Positions 29,462-40,337 are shown, counted from the first letter of the stretch. The stretch is 64,000 bases of DNA from Chloroflexota bacterium (GCA_039933955.1 JBDTNB010000008.1:20396-84395), one strand, 5' to 3'. Notes: generated by a model from the sequence alone, not told the origin. Numbers and translations are program-made.

Positions 29462-29842
29462 TTAGGCTATCGCCGCGATACACTCGATGGAAATGAGCAG
29501 TCCGCGCGGCAGTTGCACGATGGGCGTCGAGCGCACCGGTGGATTGGTTGGGAAAAACTCGGCATACAAATCGTTCATTTTGGGGAAGTTAGCTGCATCG
29601 GTTAAAAAGACAGTTGTTTTGGCGACATGCCCCAAACTGCTGCCCGCCGCATCCAGCACCGTCGCAAGATTCTGGAACGCCTGCCGCGCCTGTGGCTCGA
29701 ACTCATCGGGTGCGGTTCCGGTTGCCGGGTTGATGCCGCTTTGTCCGGCAACAAACAATAAATCGCCCACGCGCACCGCGTGCGAATATGGCCCTAAGGC
29801 TTTCGGCATATTCGGACTGGTGATCGGTTCGGGCATTGGCAT
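29462..29842 (-). CDS. ridA: RidA/YjgF family deaminase
   Basis: GPYSHAV, AGQ, PPVRS, IEC. Confidence 0.9.
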   Translation of the reverse strand: MPMPEPITSPNMPKALGPYSHAVRVGDLLFVAGQSGINPATGTAPDEFEPQARQAFQNLATVLDAAGSSLGHVAKTTVFLTDAANFPKMNDLYAEFFPTNPPVRSTPIVQLPRGLLISIECIAAIA

Positions 29843-29966
29843 TGTGAATCTCCTTCAAGACTGAGTGTCTATTTCAATGTAAATTGCATTGTGTAGCTTG
29901 ATCGACTTTGCCATTCCGCGCAAATCGGAGCGTTTGACTTGTGTTTGGTAGGGGAGGGTCATTAGC

Positions 29967-30341
29967 TTAACTCTGGTCAAAAGTTTTCCAGCCGGTATGC
30001 GTGATCGCGGTCATTACTTCCTGATATTCGTCTTTTGTCGCGAATTTAAAACGGATAGGCGGATCAGTATGAAATTCTATATATGGCCCATCGGCCCAGG
30101 GCGGGGTGAGCGGTTGACGCGCACCAATTTCTTTCCACTTTTGCACGCGCTCTATGTGCCATTCCCAATCAGCATCGCTCTTGTTATTGACCTGTTTAAG
30201 TCGTTCCCAAGTCTCTGGACTGGTTTGTTTTCTTGCATAATTTGCATAGCACTCTGCAAAGTCGATGAATTGCGCAAAGTCCTCATCATCCAGATAAGAG
30301 ATACCTACGGAGGTTATAGCCTTGATTCGCTTGCCGTCCAT
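29967..30341 (-). CDS. Hypothetical protein
   Basis: 124 aa ORF, lower GC than its neighbours. Confidence 0.6.
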   Translation of the reverse strand: MDGKRIKAITSVGISYLDDEDFAQFIDFAECYANYARKQTSPETWERLKQVNNKSDADWEWHIERVQKWKEIGARQPLTPPWADGPYIEFHTDPPIRFKFATKDEYQEVMTAITHTGWKTFDQS

Positions 30342-30399
30342 AAACGCGCTTTTCTCTGTTACTCTGTCTCTCTGATCCTCTGAGATACGTCTTTAATCT

Positions 30400-31302
30400 T
30401 TACGTCCCAACTAGCGAAATACTGATCGCCTCAAAGGCCGAATCATCCGGCGCGGAGACCACCAGCGCCGAAACCGGCGTGATGCTCGGCACTTCAAACA
30501 CGATCCAACCGCTGGTCGTGCGTCCCAACGCAATCGGCGCAAGCGGACTCGTCCCGGCGATTTGCACGCCCGTGCGCGGTTGAATCAGGCTGCCGTCATC
30601 GAGTTTGAGTTTCAAGTTGGCCTGCGGTGGTGCATCGCAAATCCCGCCACGACACTCGAAGGCGACATTGAGCGCATAAAAACGTGCGCCCGGAATCGGC
30701 GTCAAGACTGCGTTGGTGCTGCTGTCCACCACGCGCACGGACTCGTCCTCGACGGCTGTCACCTGCAAAATCCCCTGTGGATAACGCGCCGTATAGGCAT
30801 CGGCGACCAGTGGATGGCTGTTGTCGGGCAGGGTGATGGCTGTCGGCTGCGTTTCAGATAGGGCAGTCGGCTGCACATCGGTAACAGTTTCAGTTTTCGG
30901 CGGATTCAAAATGCTGGTGGCGACCAATACAATCAATCCGCCCAACACAACCAACGCCAGCGCTCGCAAGACTCCACCGCTCACACTGATGCGGGGTCGT
31001 GCGTTGGCGGCGATCATTTTATGCTGATAATCGTCCTCGTCTTGCAACACCTGCCGCGCCATTTGTGCATAGGGATCATCGGGCGGCACGTTAGCGATCA
31101 AATTATGGAGTCGTTTGATGCGTTCAGCGCGATCTGGCTGCGCCTGGGCATCCAGCCACAACACCATTGGCGCGCGTTCCGGTTCGCCGCCGCCCGCCGC
31201 ACGATAATCGCCTAACAAACGGGCGGTTTCCCCGCGTCCGCCTTTGAACAGCGCGAGATTGGCTTTGACGAGTTTGCGATTCTGATTGGTGTTGCTGGTC
31301 AT
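30400..31302 (-). CDS. Single-TM protein with a DUF4352-like Ig domain, coupled to eccC
   Basis: Start overlaps the eccC stop (ATGA); TM helix; TSGWIVFEVP. Confidence 0.7.
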   Translation of the reverse strand: MTSNTNQNRKLVKANLALFKGGRGETARLLGDYRAAGGGEPERAPMVLWLDAQAQPDRAERIKRLHNLIANVPPDDPYAQMARQVLQDEDDYQHKMIAANARPRISVSGGVLRALALVVLGGLIVLVATSILNPPKTETVTDVQPTALSETQPTAITLPDNSHPLVADAYTARYPQGILQVTAVEDESVRVVDSSTNAVLTPIPGARFYALNVAFECRGGICDAPPQANLKLKLDDGSLIQPRTGVQIAGTSPLAPIALGRTTSGWIVFEVPSITPVSALVVSAPDDSAFEAISISLVGT

Positions 31303-34300
31303 GCCTTTTTAGACCTCTTCCCAGCCTTCACCGTTTTTGGCGCAGCCTCAGAATTCGGCTTTTCTTCCCCCTCCTTGAATTCGGGGAGGGGGGCAGGGGG
31401 TGGGGTCAACAAATCTTCGATCAAGCCTGCCGTATCAATATCGAGCGGCGAGACAGGCGCAGTGGGTACGGGCGGCACTTCGGTGGGATGTTCCGGCGCG
31501 GGGGCGGGCTGGTTGATCCACTGCGCGCGTCCGGCGTGCGCCCAGAACTGCTCGTTGATGCGGTTGACATACAGCGCCGGATTTTCGACCAGCGCGGTTT
31601 GGATCACGCGGATGGCGGTGTGCTGGGCAAAGTAGGCACGGCCTTCCGGCAGCGTGTCATTCGGCAGATGACTCGTCCGCACATTCAGATTATGCAGGCT
31701 GTCTTTCAGGCTCATGCCGAAGCCCGAACGCTTCAACAGCAGGTGTTTAATCAACGGATCGCCCGTGCGTTCCAGGTAGCCGCCGACCCAAATGTGCAGG
31801 CCGTAATCGCCGTGCAGCCGCGCATGGTCGCGCAAATCGCGCAGCGCGTTCCCGCTCAAGGCCAGCATTTCGCCTGCGAGGTCGTAATCGTCGATCACGA
31901 TCACCGTGCGCGGCAGGGGAGTGCCGTTCTCACGTCCACGCGCGACGAAATTGTCCATCTCAGCTTTCAGGTAAACAAGTTGTTCATCGAGTTCGCGTGG
32001 ATCGGTGACGCGCGCCAAAGTGTGCTTGAGTTTGCCCAACGCGCTCAAACTGCGCCCGCTGAAATCGACCAGCAAAAAGCGAAGCTGCTCCGGCGAACGC
32101 ACCTGCGCCGCCGCCAGAACTGCCGCATGGAGCAAATTGGTTTTACCTGATCCCGGCGGCCCAGACACGACAAAATGCGGCCCGCTTTCCGCCCAATTGA
32201 GGGTGAACAAACTCAGGGTGTCGTCATCGGCGCGGCCTAAGGCGGTGATGATGGCGTTCGGCGAGGGTTTATCGAGTTCCGGCTCGAAACTGGCTGGTCG
32301 CGCGGTGGTCAGTGGCAGGCTGTCCAGCGGAATTTTGGCGGCGAGTTCGTCAATCGGCAGCGGATTTTGTTCCGGGTCAGCTTCCGGCGCGCGGGCGATG
32401 CGCATGGCGCGGTATCCGGCACGCATCTCTTTGACGAGGTTGCGCATGGCGTAGAGCGCGTCTTCATCATCATCCACCGTCGCGGCGCTGCTCGGCAAAC
32501 TGATCTGGCACATGAGCGGCGGGCTGTTGGCGATGAAACCGCGTCCTTTGGGCAGCGCGCCTTCCAGCTTAGTCGGCAAATGCCCGACAGCCAATGTGTA
32601 ATCGGTTGGGCTGCCAAGTTGCAAGGCAATCCTTTGTTGAATCAATGAGCGCAACCGCTCCGGCACAGCGGCGGCGCTGCTGGCTGTCAGCACGAGATAA
32701 ATATTGACGGCGCGGCCTTCGTTGACCAGTCGTTCAAAATCGGCCATGTGCTGATCGTAATAGCTGTCGCGGAACTGCTCATACTGGTCGATGCTGACGA
32801 TGATCGTCGGCGTGGAAGCCACTCGTCCCGATTGGCGGTCATTTAAGGTCTGGATTAAACGGCGGAACAGACGGCGCACGCGCTCGGTTTCTGTGCCGTG
32901 AATCACGCGCTCGGCGTGGGGCAGGTCGCCCAGATCATTTAATCCGCCGCCCGTGAAACTCAGGAAATACAAATGCAGGCGATCCGGCGGATGCAAAAGC
33001 GCCTGACTCAGCGCCAGCGTCCGCAGGAACATGGTTTTCCCGCTCCCCGGCGCGCCGATAATCAGGGCATGACCGTCGCGGCGCTGCTCCTTCACATCGG
33101 CGTTGAGGTGCAGCCACAACGGTTCCTGCGTCCGGTTATACACGTCGTCCACGAGGCCGATGGGCGCGCTGCCCACCGGGACATTGGCCGGAGTCCACTC
33201 GCGCCCGTTCCAACCGCCCACACCGGCTTTTTTGAAAACCGGTTTGAGCGTCAGCCGTTCTTCCAACGGCGGCAGTAACAGCGGCGGCGCGGATGGGATG
33301 CCGTTGACACGCGCGTATTCACTGATGGTGTCGGTGATGGCTTTGACCGTCGTGTAGGGTTCTTCCGCTAAAATGCTGCTGGGCGGATGGGTAGTGGCAT
33401 TTTCTGGCAGCAAATCAATCGACTCGCCGCTTTCGGTCAGCAGTTCCAGGGTGATGATTTCGCCGTCCGAGTCGGTAGCGTTCGCGTCGTAATCGCCGCC
33501 GACGTAGGCCGTCTGGAATTGTTTGAACATGCCGCGTTCACCGACTTGAAAATAACCGCGCCCCGGCCAGCCCGACGGTAGATAAGCGGCATCGGGGCGG
33601 CGCAGCATGGCTCGGCTGGACTCGATATTTTGCACGCGCAGGCAAATTCTAAATTGCAGGTTGGCGTTCATCTCGTCGGTGATGACATCCATCGGACTCT
33701 GCGTGCCCAAAATCAGATGCAGTCCCAAACTGCGTCCGACCTGTGCTGTCCGCACTAATTCTTTGAGAAAATCGGGCATCTCTTTCGCCAACTGCGCGAA
33801 TTCATCGACAATCACGAACAGGTGGGGTAGGGGCTGGTAGGATGGGTCTTGCACATGCCCCGGTGTGCGCGCGAAATAGCGGTGATACTGGGTGATGTCG
33901 CGGACGTTCATCTTTTTCAGGAAGTGCTGCCGTGCTTTGGTCTCGGCTTTCAGGGCTTCCAGCGCCCGTTCGATCAACAAACCGTCCAGGTTGGTAATCG
34001 TGCCGACGGTATGCGGTAATTTGGCGAACACGTTAAACGTGCTGCCGCCTTTGAAGTCGATCAGCAGCAGATTGAGCAAACGTGGATCATGTTCCAGCGC
34101 CAACGCGCACACCAGACTTTGCAGCAGTTCGCTTTTGCCCGATCCGGTTGTCCCGGCCAGGACGCCGTGCGGCCCGTGATGGGTTTCGTCCAACCAGATG
34201 TCCGTCGAAACCGCCAGACTTTCGCGTCCAATCGACACCGGATGGGGCAAAATGCCTTTGTTGATTGGCTGCGCCCAGCGGGTTTGAATCTGCGCCGTCA

Positions 34301-35597
34301 AATCCTCGACGCGGCGCGCGTTGTACAGTTCCAAAAATTCAACGCGGCGCGGGATACGTCCGCCCGCGCTGGTGTCGCGCATCTCCACCGAGGCCAGCGC
34401 CCGTGCGATATGTTCAGCATCGCCCGTTGAAAGTTGATCGACGGATACACCTTCGATTTCGCCCCCGTCCGCGCCGGTTTCGGCATAGGTGAAGCGGCCA
34501 TCCGGGGCAATATCGAGCACGGCGTTGCAATCGCCGGGAACATTATCGGCGCTGTTGACCAGACACAGCGCCGATGCGCCCACTGCGCCGCCTTCGCGCA
34601 AAATCGTGGCATACACCGCTTCGCCTTCGGCCAACTGCGAACCGTCCACGATCAATAATAAATGGGGGACGCGGCTGCCCTGAGCTTTGCGTTCGTCGAT
34701 GACCTGGCTCAGATTGCCGAGTAAATTGCGGGCGTTATCGGTATCGAACGCCACCAAATCCGCCGAGCCGCCGCGATGACTCTGGCTGGTGTGCGGCAGC
34801 CATTCCAACCAGCGCCAATCGTCGTGATGTGCGCTCGGTGCGATCAGATGAATGTGTAAATCGTGGGGCGCGTGCGTCAGCGCCAGATTGCAGATGAAGG
34901 CGCGTGCCGCCGCCAGCGATTGCGCCCGCGCTCCCGCGACACCCAGCGACCAGCGTGTCCCTAAGGCGGTCACGGCGGGCGCGGCTTCTAAAAAGCGATA
35001 CTCATCGGCCAGCGCGAAGGCTCGATCCAGCAAATCGCTGTCGAGGTCAGGGTCGGGGGTGCGGATGCTGACGGGCGAAGGGATGCGCCCCAAGCCCAAC
35101 CGGAACGCGCCAAAATCGCTGTCTTCCGGGCGGCGTTCCCACAAAATCCGTTCCCGCGACAATGCCAGATTCAACCCGGCGTTGGGCGTCGGAAAATTCG
35201 CATCGAGAATCGCGCGTTGGGCATCGTTGGCGGCCTGCAACCGGGCGCGTTTTTTCTCCAATGTGCGGATGTAATTGATGGCGGTTTCTTCGCGCCGTTT
35301 TTCATAATCGCGCTTGCGCCATCGTCCCGCCAGCACCGTCCCGCCGATGGTGAACAGCGCCAGCAAAAACAGCGGCACGGCGGAAAGCAAACTGCTGCTG
35401 CCATCGGCGGCGCGCAAAATATAAAACAGCGCCATCACGCCGATGCCCATCACCGGGATGACCGTCACCAGCCAATTCTGGTCGGGCGGATCGGGCAGGG
35501 CAGGTGGAGCCGGGATGTCTACCGTCTCCGCCGGGACGGGCGGCAGTTGCAAACGCGGCGGGCGGTTAAACAGACTGGATTGTTCGTCGCCGGTCAT
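31299..35597 (-). CDS. eccC: Type VII secretion FtsK/SpoIIIE ATPase (EccC/EssC-like, three ATPase domains)
   Basis: FNRPPRL, two TM helices, WERRP.D.DF, HGPHG..AGTTGSGKSELL, DFKGG, DEFA, GAPGSGKT, GPPGSGKT. Confidence 0.9.
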   Translation of the reverse strand: MTGDEQSSLFNRPPRLQLPPVPAETVDIPAPPALPDPPDQNWLVTVIPVMGIGVMALFYILRAADGSSSLLSAVPLFLLALFTIGGTVLAGRWRKRDYEKRREETAINYIRTLEKKRARLQAANDAQRAILDANFPTPNAGLNLALSRERILWERRPEDSDFGAFRLGLGRIPSPVSIRTPDPDLDSDLLDRAFALADEYRFLEAAPAVTALGTRWSLGVAGARAQSLAAARAFICNLALTHAPHDLHIHLIAPSAHHDDWRWLEWLPHTSQSHRGGSADLVAFDTDNARNLLGNLSQVIDERKAQGSRVPHLLLIVDGSQLAEGEAVYATILREGGAVGASALCLVNSADNVPGDCNAVLDIAPDGRFTYAETGADGGEIEGVSVDQLSTGDAEHIARALASVEMRDTSAGGRIPRRVEFLELYNARRVEDLTAQIQTRWAQPINKGILPHPVSIGRESLAVSTDIWLDETHHGPHGVLAGTTGSGKSELLQSLVCALALEHDPRLLNLLLIDFKGGSTFNVFAKLPHTVGTITNLDGLLIERALEALKAETKARQHFLKKMNVRDITQYHRYFARTPGHVQDPSYQPLPHLFVIVDEFAQLAKEMPDFLKELVRTAQVGRSLGLHLILGTQSPMDVITDEMNANLQFRICLRVQNIESSRAMLRRPDAAYLPSGWPGRGYFQVGERGMFKQFQTAYVGGDYDANATDSDGEIITLELLTESGESIDLLPENATTHPPSSILAEEPYTTVKAITDTISEYARVNGIPSAPPLLLPPLEERLTLKPVFKKAGVGGWNGREWTPANVPVGSAPIGLVDDVYNRTQEPLWLHLNADVKEQRRDGHALIIGAPGSGKTMFLRTLALSQALLHPPDRLHLYFLSFTGGGLNDLGDLPHAERVIHGTETERVRRLFRRLIQTLNDRQSGRVASTPTIIVSIDQYEQFRDSYYDQHMADFERLVNEGRAVNIYLVLTASSAAAVPERLRSLIQQRIALQLGSPTDYTLAVGHLPTKLEGALPKGRGFIANSPPLMCQISLPSSAATVDDDEDALYAMRNLVKEMRAGYRAMRIARAPEADPEQNPLPIDELAAKIPLDSLPLTTARPASFEPELDKPSPNAIITALGRADDDTLSLFTLNWAESGPHFVVSGPPGSGKTNLLHAAVLAAAQVRSPEQLRFLLVDFSGRSLSALGKLKHTLARVTDPRELDEQLVYLKAEMDNFVARGRENGTPLPRTVIVIDDYDLAGEMLALSGNALRDLRDHARLHGDYGLHIWVGGYLERTGDPLIKHLLLKRSGFGMSLKDSLHNLNVRTSHLPNDTLPEGRAYFAQHTAIRVIQTALVENPALYVNRINEQFWAHAGRAQWINQPAPAPEHPTEVPPVPTAPVSPLDIDTAGLIEDLLTPPPAPLPEFKEGEEKPNSEAAPKTVKAGKRSKKA

Positions 35598-35652
35598 GGG
35601 CGTTTTCCTTGAATAATAGATTGCTTGTTACCAAACCTGATCGGCAGCATTG

Positions 35653-36024
35653 TTAGCCAATTTCAAATCCATTACATGAGCGACAAAAATCAGTAAATTT
35701 CTGCAACCATTCTTCAGTTGCGCCATAGTTTTTGAGATCATCATCATGTATTTGAAAATCATCTGGCTCATCAGTCAAAGTTAGGTCGAGTCGCACACGA
35801 TCAGCAGCGGTCATCTTCGATAAGAAACGACGCTCAAATTGTTCAGCGATGCCCCGCGCTTCTTCTGAAGATACAGAAACAGTGATGTTATACTGCATTC
35901 TTTCGAGACGATCTTCATCCAAAATGCCAAACGTCTTAAGGATTTCCAACGTAGGACGCCAATTCCATGCATTTACCTTGAACGTTTTTTCCCTGTTGAC
36001 GAGATCATGTATGCGCCAACTCAT
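35653..36024 (-). CDS. Hypothetical protein (immunity-like)
   Basis: 123 aa AT-richer ORF ending FTDFCRSCNGFEIG. Confidence 0.6.
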   Translation of the reverse strand: MSWRIHDLVNREKTFKVNAWNWRPTLEILKTFGILDEDRLERMQYNITVSVSSEEARGIAEQFERRFLSKMTAADRVRLDLTLTDEPDDFQIHDDDLKNYGATEEWLQKFTDFCRSCNGFEIG

Positions 36025-36084
36025 TCACTGATCCTCCAAAATAAAATGATTCAGCTTCATCTTTAGTTGCGCTCATAAAAACAG

Positions 36085-36504
36085 CTACGGTATCGGCGTT
36101 GCAACCCGGCATTCCAGACAATTCAGGTCGAACGAGCCGGATCGGGATGGGTCATATACGTAGGCCATAAAATATGGCGCATTCCACACACTCGACGAAA
36201 ACAACGCCACCCACACGGCATATATGATGAAAGCGACCAGTGCCGTAACGCGGATAATGGGCTTCACTCTCGGCCATGCTGCTAACGCCAGCAATACGAT
36301 CAGCAGCGCAAAACTCCCCGCTGCAAACAACCCGACATGGTTGAGAAACCCATCGCCGCAGACTCGCGCAGCAGAATAATAAATCCAGGTTCCTGCGCCG
36401 CATACACCCTGGGCGACAATGCCCCATATCCAGCCCATCCCCGCCGCGATAATGGCGATGATGACGCCTGCGCTGATGCCGATGCTTCTGCGATTGGGTT
36501 TCAT
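36085..36504 (-). CDS. Hypothetical 3-TM membrane protein
   Basis: Three hydrophobic helices. Confidence 0.6.
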   Translation of the reverse strand: MKPNRRSIGISAGVIIAIIAAGMGWIWGIVAQGVCGAGTWIYYSAARVCGDGFLNHVGLFAAGSFALLIVLLALAAWPRVKPIIRVTALVAFIIYAVWVALFSSSVWNAPYFMAYVYDPSRSGSFDLNCLECRVATPIP

Positions 36505-36747
36505 GCCATCCTTAAAAAATAGTTGTCGTCTTGCGCCACCAGGGGCTAAAGCCACCCGGCTACCGGTAAAGACAAGCCCACTGAAGGGGCTAGAAAATGG
36601 AACGCAACTCTTGCAGCGCCTTTAGTGCGCTTGGCATTTTGGCAGCCGGACGTTTTAACGTCTGGCGGTGTAACCGGAAATGATTCTCTGTAGTAAAGTA
36701 ATCTTTTCTCTTGTCTTTTGCTAATGGCTAAAAGCTAACCGCTTCCC

Positions 36748-37017
36748 TCAAAACGCTTCATCCGCCAACTGCATCCGCCGCGCCTGATCTTCCAACTCGC
36801 CCGCGAAACCTTCCAGGATTGTCACCCAGCGTTCCATTTCCGGCACGGTCTCGTTCCAGAGGGTGAAAAATTTGTCGGCGCGTCGTCCCAGCCAATTCAC
36901 GCTCTCGACGGTGTTTTTCAACGTCTGGATTTCCGCGCGGATCGTCTCGGCTTCCTGCCGGATGCGCGTCGCCCGCTGGAATAACTCGGCGTAAGGTACT
37001 TTGATAAAGTCAGTCAT
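36748..37017 (-). CDS. WXG100 family protein
   Basis: 89 aa helical hairpin with a central WLG. Confidence 0.88.
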   Translation of the reverse strand: MTDFIKVPYAELFQRATRIRQEAETIRAEIQTLKNTVESVNWLGRRADKFFTLWNETVPEMERWVTILEGFAGELEDQARRMQLADEAF

Positions 37018-37098
37018 AAAAATTGCCCTGTAAATCTAAATCGTTTACGTCTTATCTTTTCCCCTCTCTGTACACGGGGAGGGGCAGGGGAGGGGTTT

Positions 37099-37392
37099 TT
37101 ACGTACTCGTCCCCATCGAACGCGCCGCCAACTCAATATCATCTGCCGAGGCGTTCAGCTTATTTTGAAAATCCGCCAGCAGATCGAAGGCTTCTTTCAG
37201 GCGCGGCGTCAATTTGGTGTACTCGGCACGGAACATCTCTGCGCCTACACTCATGAAGCGGTCACTGCTGAGGGCGCGGACTTCGCTCTCCACCGAATCA
37301 ATCGCGCGGCTGATCTCCGACGAACATTGATTCAGGGTGGTTGCTGCGTCGCGCATCTGGGTAATTTTCGCGTAAATCTCGCCGGTATACAT
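37099..37392 (-). CDS. WXG100-like protein (degenerate WxG)
   Basis: 97 aa; MRDAATTL...FMSVGAEMF...LNASADD; tandem with the canonical WXG100 gene. Confidence 0.75.
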   Translation of the reverse strand: MYTGEIYAKITQMRDAATTLNQCSSEISRAIDSVESEVRALSSDRFMSVGAEMFRAEYTKLTPRLKEAFDLLADFQNKLNASADDIELAARSMGTST

Positions 37393-37509
37393 GGCTCAAG
37401 CATCCTCTCCGTTTCGTTCATTATAACCGCAGTTGGGAATCGTACCCGTAAAATAAAATGAGGCTTATCGGCGATAAGCCCCTACAAAACGCATAGACGG
37501 TTGATGTTT

Positions 37510-37869
37510 TTAGGGCTTGGCTGTGATTGTGAGGATAGCAGCCTGGGTTGCCGTCGTCTGTTCAACCAGATAAGTTGCAGTCGCATAAAGTCCAGAGGCG
37601 GCGTTTTGGGTGGTTTGCTTTTCGGTCTGCGCTTCCCCCGTCGCCTGCTGGATGATGTAGGTGGCGGTGGCGTAAATGGCTTCATCGCTGGTATTAGAAG
37701 TCAGGCTGTCGCCGCTGGAATACGAAACCGTTTCGACCCGCGCTGTCATCACGGTCAGAATGGTGAACACGATCCCCAGGATAAAACCGAGTATGAGTGT
37801 CCATGCCCATACAGGCAGAAACCCCCGCCGCCGCTGGTCATTTTTGCGTTTTTCTTTTTCAAAGCTCAC
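37510..37869 (-). CDS. Single-TM hypothetical protein
   Basis: EKEKRK start, TM helix, duplicated YATATY. Confidence 0.6.
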   Translation of the reverse strand: MSFEKEKRKNDQRRRGFLPVWAWTLILGFILGIVFTILTVMTARVETVSYSSGDSLTSNTSDEAIYATATYIIQQATGEAQTEKQTTQNAASGLYATATYLVEQTTATQAAILTITAKP

Positions 37870-38027
37870 TTTTAAACCCCTTTCGCGTAATAACCTTTGT
37901 CAGAGTATACGCATCGGAACGGGTGACGTTGCAGCGTGCCATCATGTATAATCAAAATACTTGACAGTATCATGATGTTGTGGGATTGCCGACTCCCACA
38001 AGCGAGACCGGGTGATAGTGGGAATAG

Positions 38028-38276
38028 ATGGAAAAACAAACCAGTGATCTTGGCGTTGAAGAAATCTGGGTGAATGTGAGTGAAGGGGCAGAAATATCTG
38101 GTTATAACTCCGATCATGTTCGTCTGTTAGCACGCAATAATTGGAAACTGGCTGAAGCAGATCGTTTCATCAAAATTCGCAAGCGTTCCAACGGTTACGA
38201 TATTTGGCTGCCAGACCTGATGAGGTACAAACTCGAAGTTGGAAGAGGCCCTCACGACAAGAATTCATCAGACTGA
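38028..38276 (+). CDS. Small excisionase-like HTH protein, module copy 3
   Basis: IWVNVSEGAEISGYN...GYDIWLPDLMRY..GRGP; TATAAT at 37947. Confidence 0.87.
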   Translation: MEKQTSDLGVEEIWVNVSEGAEISGYNSDHVRLLARNNWKLAEADRFIKIRKRSNGYDIWLPDLMRYKLEVGRGPHDKNSSD

Positions 38277-38280
38277 TTTC

Positions 38281-38717
38281 TTGACTTATACCAAGACACT
38301 GTAGTATAGTGTCCCTCAAGCGCAAACATCAATAATGTGCTAGCTGATGGAAACCAAACGCCCCGTTGATGTCGGGGCGCTGTGGGCTTACGTGTCCTTA
38401 TCGGACGATGGTCTGGCAACTGTCGTAAAAACTACATGTCAGTGTATACCGAAATGTGACCTCTGTAAAGTGCCCCGGTTGGAAAGCGAATGAACTGTCA
38501 ATTGCAGTGTTAATCTGACTGTTATTCTGCTTGGCCTTCACCGGGAGGGTACTTGCGTTCATCTGACTAACGATCCGATGACAAACCCATACGCTGTCGG
38601 TCTGCTGCCAGGACTGCGAACAACAGAGACTTACAACGCCCTCTGCTGCTAGTCTCCTTTCAGCACTTCCTATGCACCATGCATCCCCTGGAATCGGCAG
38701 TTTCAGGGGATCATTTT
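38281..38717 (+). ncRNA. Promoter and divergent ~400 nt RNA, module copy 3
   Basis: TTGACT-18-TATAGT; tagc..aaaccaaacgcccc/ggggcg, gtcc/ggac, tgtaaag; antisense TTTACA(38469-64)-17-TACACT; hairpin 38683-38711. Confidence 0.65.
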
Positions 38718-38736
38718 GATTTTCGGAAATGACCAT

Positions 38737-39159
38737 ATGGACATAACCTCGAACGCACTGGTTCCCGAATTGAGCGTATCCAGCTTCGAAAAAAGCCTGG
38801 ATTTTTATACCCGCATTCTCGGCTTTTCAGTGGCCTATGACCGCCTCGAAGAAGGTTTTGCTTTCCTGGTGTTGGACGGCGCGCAAATTATGATTGATGA
38901 AATTGGCAAGGGGCGCACCTGGAAAACGGCTGATTTCGATTTTCCGCTGGGGCGTGGGATTAATTTGCAGATTGAAGTCGAAAATGTCGATTCGATTTTG
39001 ACCAACCTCCAGCAAAATCATGTGCCGCTGTTTTTGGAACTTGAGGAAAAATGGTATCGGGTTGGCGATCATGAAGTTGGCAACCGTCAATTTCTGGTGC
39101 AAGACCCCGACGGTTATTTACTGCGCTTCACCCAGGATTTGGGCGAACGTCCACTTTAA
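38737..39159 (+). CDS. VOC/glyoxalase (bleomycin-resistance) family protein
   Basis: LVPELSV, FYTRILGF, RQFLVQDPDGYLLRF. Confidence 0.9.
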   Translation: MDITSNALVPELSVSSFEKSLDFYTRILGFSVAYDRLEEGFAFLVLDGAQIMIDEIGKGRTWKTADFDFPLGRGINLQIEVENVDSILTNLQQNHVPLFLELEEKWYRVGDHEVGNRQFLVQDPDGYLLRFTQDLGERPL

Positions 39160-40256
39160 TGATGTGTCAGTAACAGCAGCAGGACAATGCCCGCCAGCGA
39201 CAACAGCGCCAATCCCATCAGCAGCCAGCGATCCCAGCGCGGTTTTGGACGTGATCGGCGCGGATGGTCGGTGCGGCGGAAGGCTTTGGCGACTTCATTG
39301 AGTGTATAGGATGCTTCAGCCGGGATGGGCGGCGCGGCAAAATTGGGCAGGTAGGCCAGCCGCAGCGGATTATCCAGATAGGGTTGGTTGCTGGGAATCA
39401 AAATCGCTTTTTTGAGATCATCCACGAATGCGCCCAGGTCGCGGTAACGTTCTTCACGTTCGGCTAAGGCTTTTTCAAAAACCGAGTCGAGTCGTTCCAG
39501 GTCAGCGCCATATAAATCGCCGGGGAGTTCCGGGCGGGGCAGGGCGCTGGGCAGCCGCCATGTCCGCGCGGCGATGCGTTCCGCAGCCAATCGGCGCAGC
39601 GCATCGACACTCGTGCTGGTGTCGTCGCCGCTGAAAATGGCATGTCGGCCAAACAAAATTTCGTAAGCCGTCAGCGCAAAACTGTATTGATCGCTCAATT
39701 CGTCGGGCGGTTCGTGCGGCGTTGGCATGTACAAGGCCGTGCCGACATTTTGCCGCGCACGGGGGATTTCTGCCCGTTCCAGCGCCACGCTGAAATCCAG
39801 CAAATAGGGTCTGTCGATGCCGCTGATGTGCGCCGGTTTAATGTCACGGTGGATGATCCCGGCGGCGTGGACGGCACTGATTGCCCCGGCAATTTCCCCC
39901 AATACATCCAGCCGTTTTTCAATTTCGATGGTGAAAATTTCCCCGCCGGAAATCAACCGGTCATAAGGCTGGCCTTCGACGTACTCCATCACCAGATAGG
40001 GGCGTTCAAAATCGAGATCGTGGTCGTAGAGCGCGGGCACATTGGGATGTTGAATCAGGCGCAGTGCGTGGATTTCGGTCACTAAATTGTCGCGGTGCTG
40101 GGCGGCGTCTTCGCTGGTCATCAACTGCTCGTTCATGAACTTGAGCGCCACGACTCGCGTCCCATCCTGCGCGCGCCACACCTCGCCGGATGCGCCGCTG
40201 CCGATGCGTTGTTCCAGGGTATATTGTCGAATCTGTAAATGAGTTTCAAGCTGCAT
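39156..40256 (-). CDS. Ser/Thr protein kinase with C-terminal TM helix
   Basis: IGSGASGEVW, VALK, HRDIKPAH, DFS, SDQYS. Confidence 0.85.
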   Translation of the reverse strand: MQLETHLQIRQYTLEQRIGSGASGEVWRAQDGTRVVALKFMNEQLMTSEDAAQHRDNLVTEIHALRLIQHPNVPALYDHDLDFERPYLVMEYVEGQPYDRLISGGEIFTIEIEKRLDVLGEIAGAISAVHAAGIIHRDIKPAHISGIDRPYLLDFSVALERAEIPRARQNVGTALYMPTPHEPPDELSDQYSFALTAYEILFGRHAIFSGDDTSTSVDALRRLAAERIAARTWRLPSALPRPELPGDLYGADLERLDSVFEKALAEREERYRDLGAFVDDLKKAILIPSNQPYLDNPLRLAYLPNFAAPPIPAEASYTLNEVAKAFRRTDHPRRSRPKPRWDRWLLMGLALLSLAGIVLLLLLTHH

Positions 40257-40337
40257 AGTGGCGGTTAGCAATTAGCTGTTAGCGATTAGCAAAAACAAAA
40301 AGCAAATTTGGGCATATTGTTATACGACGTATTTTCC

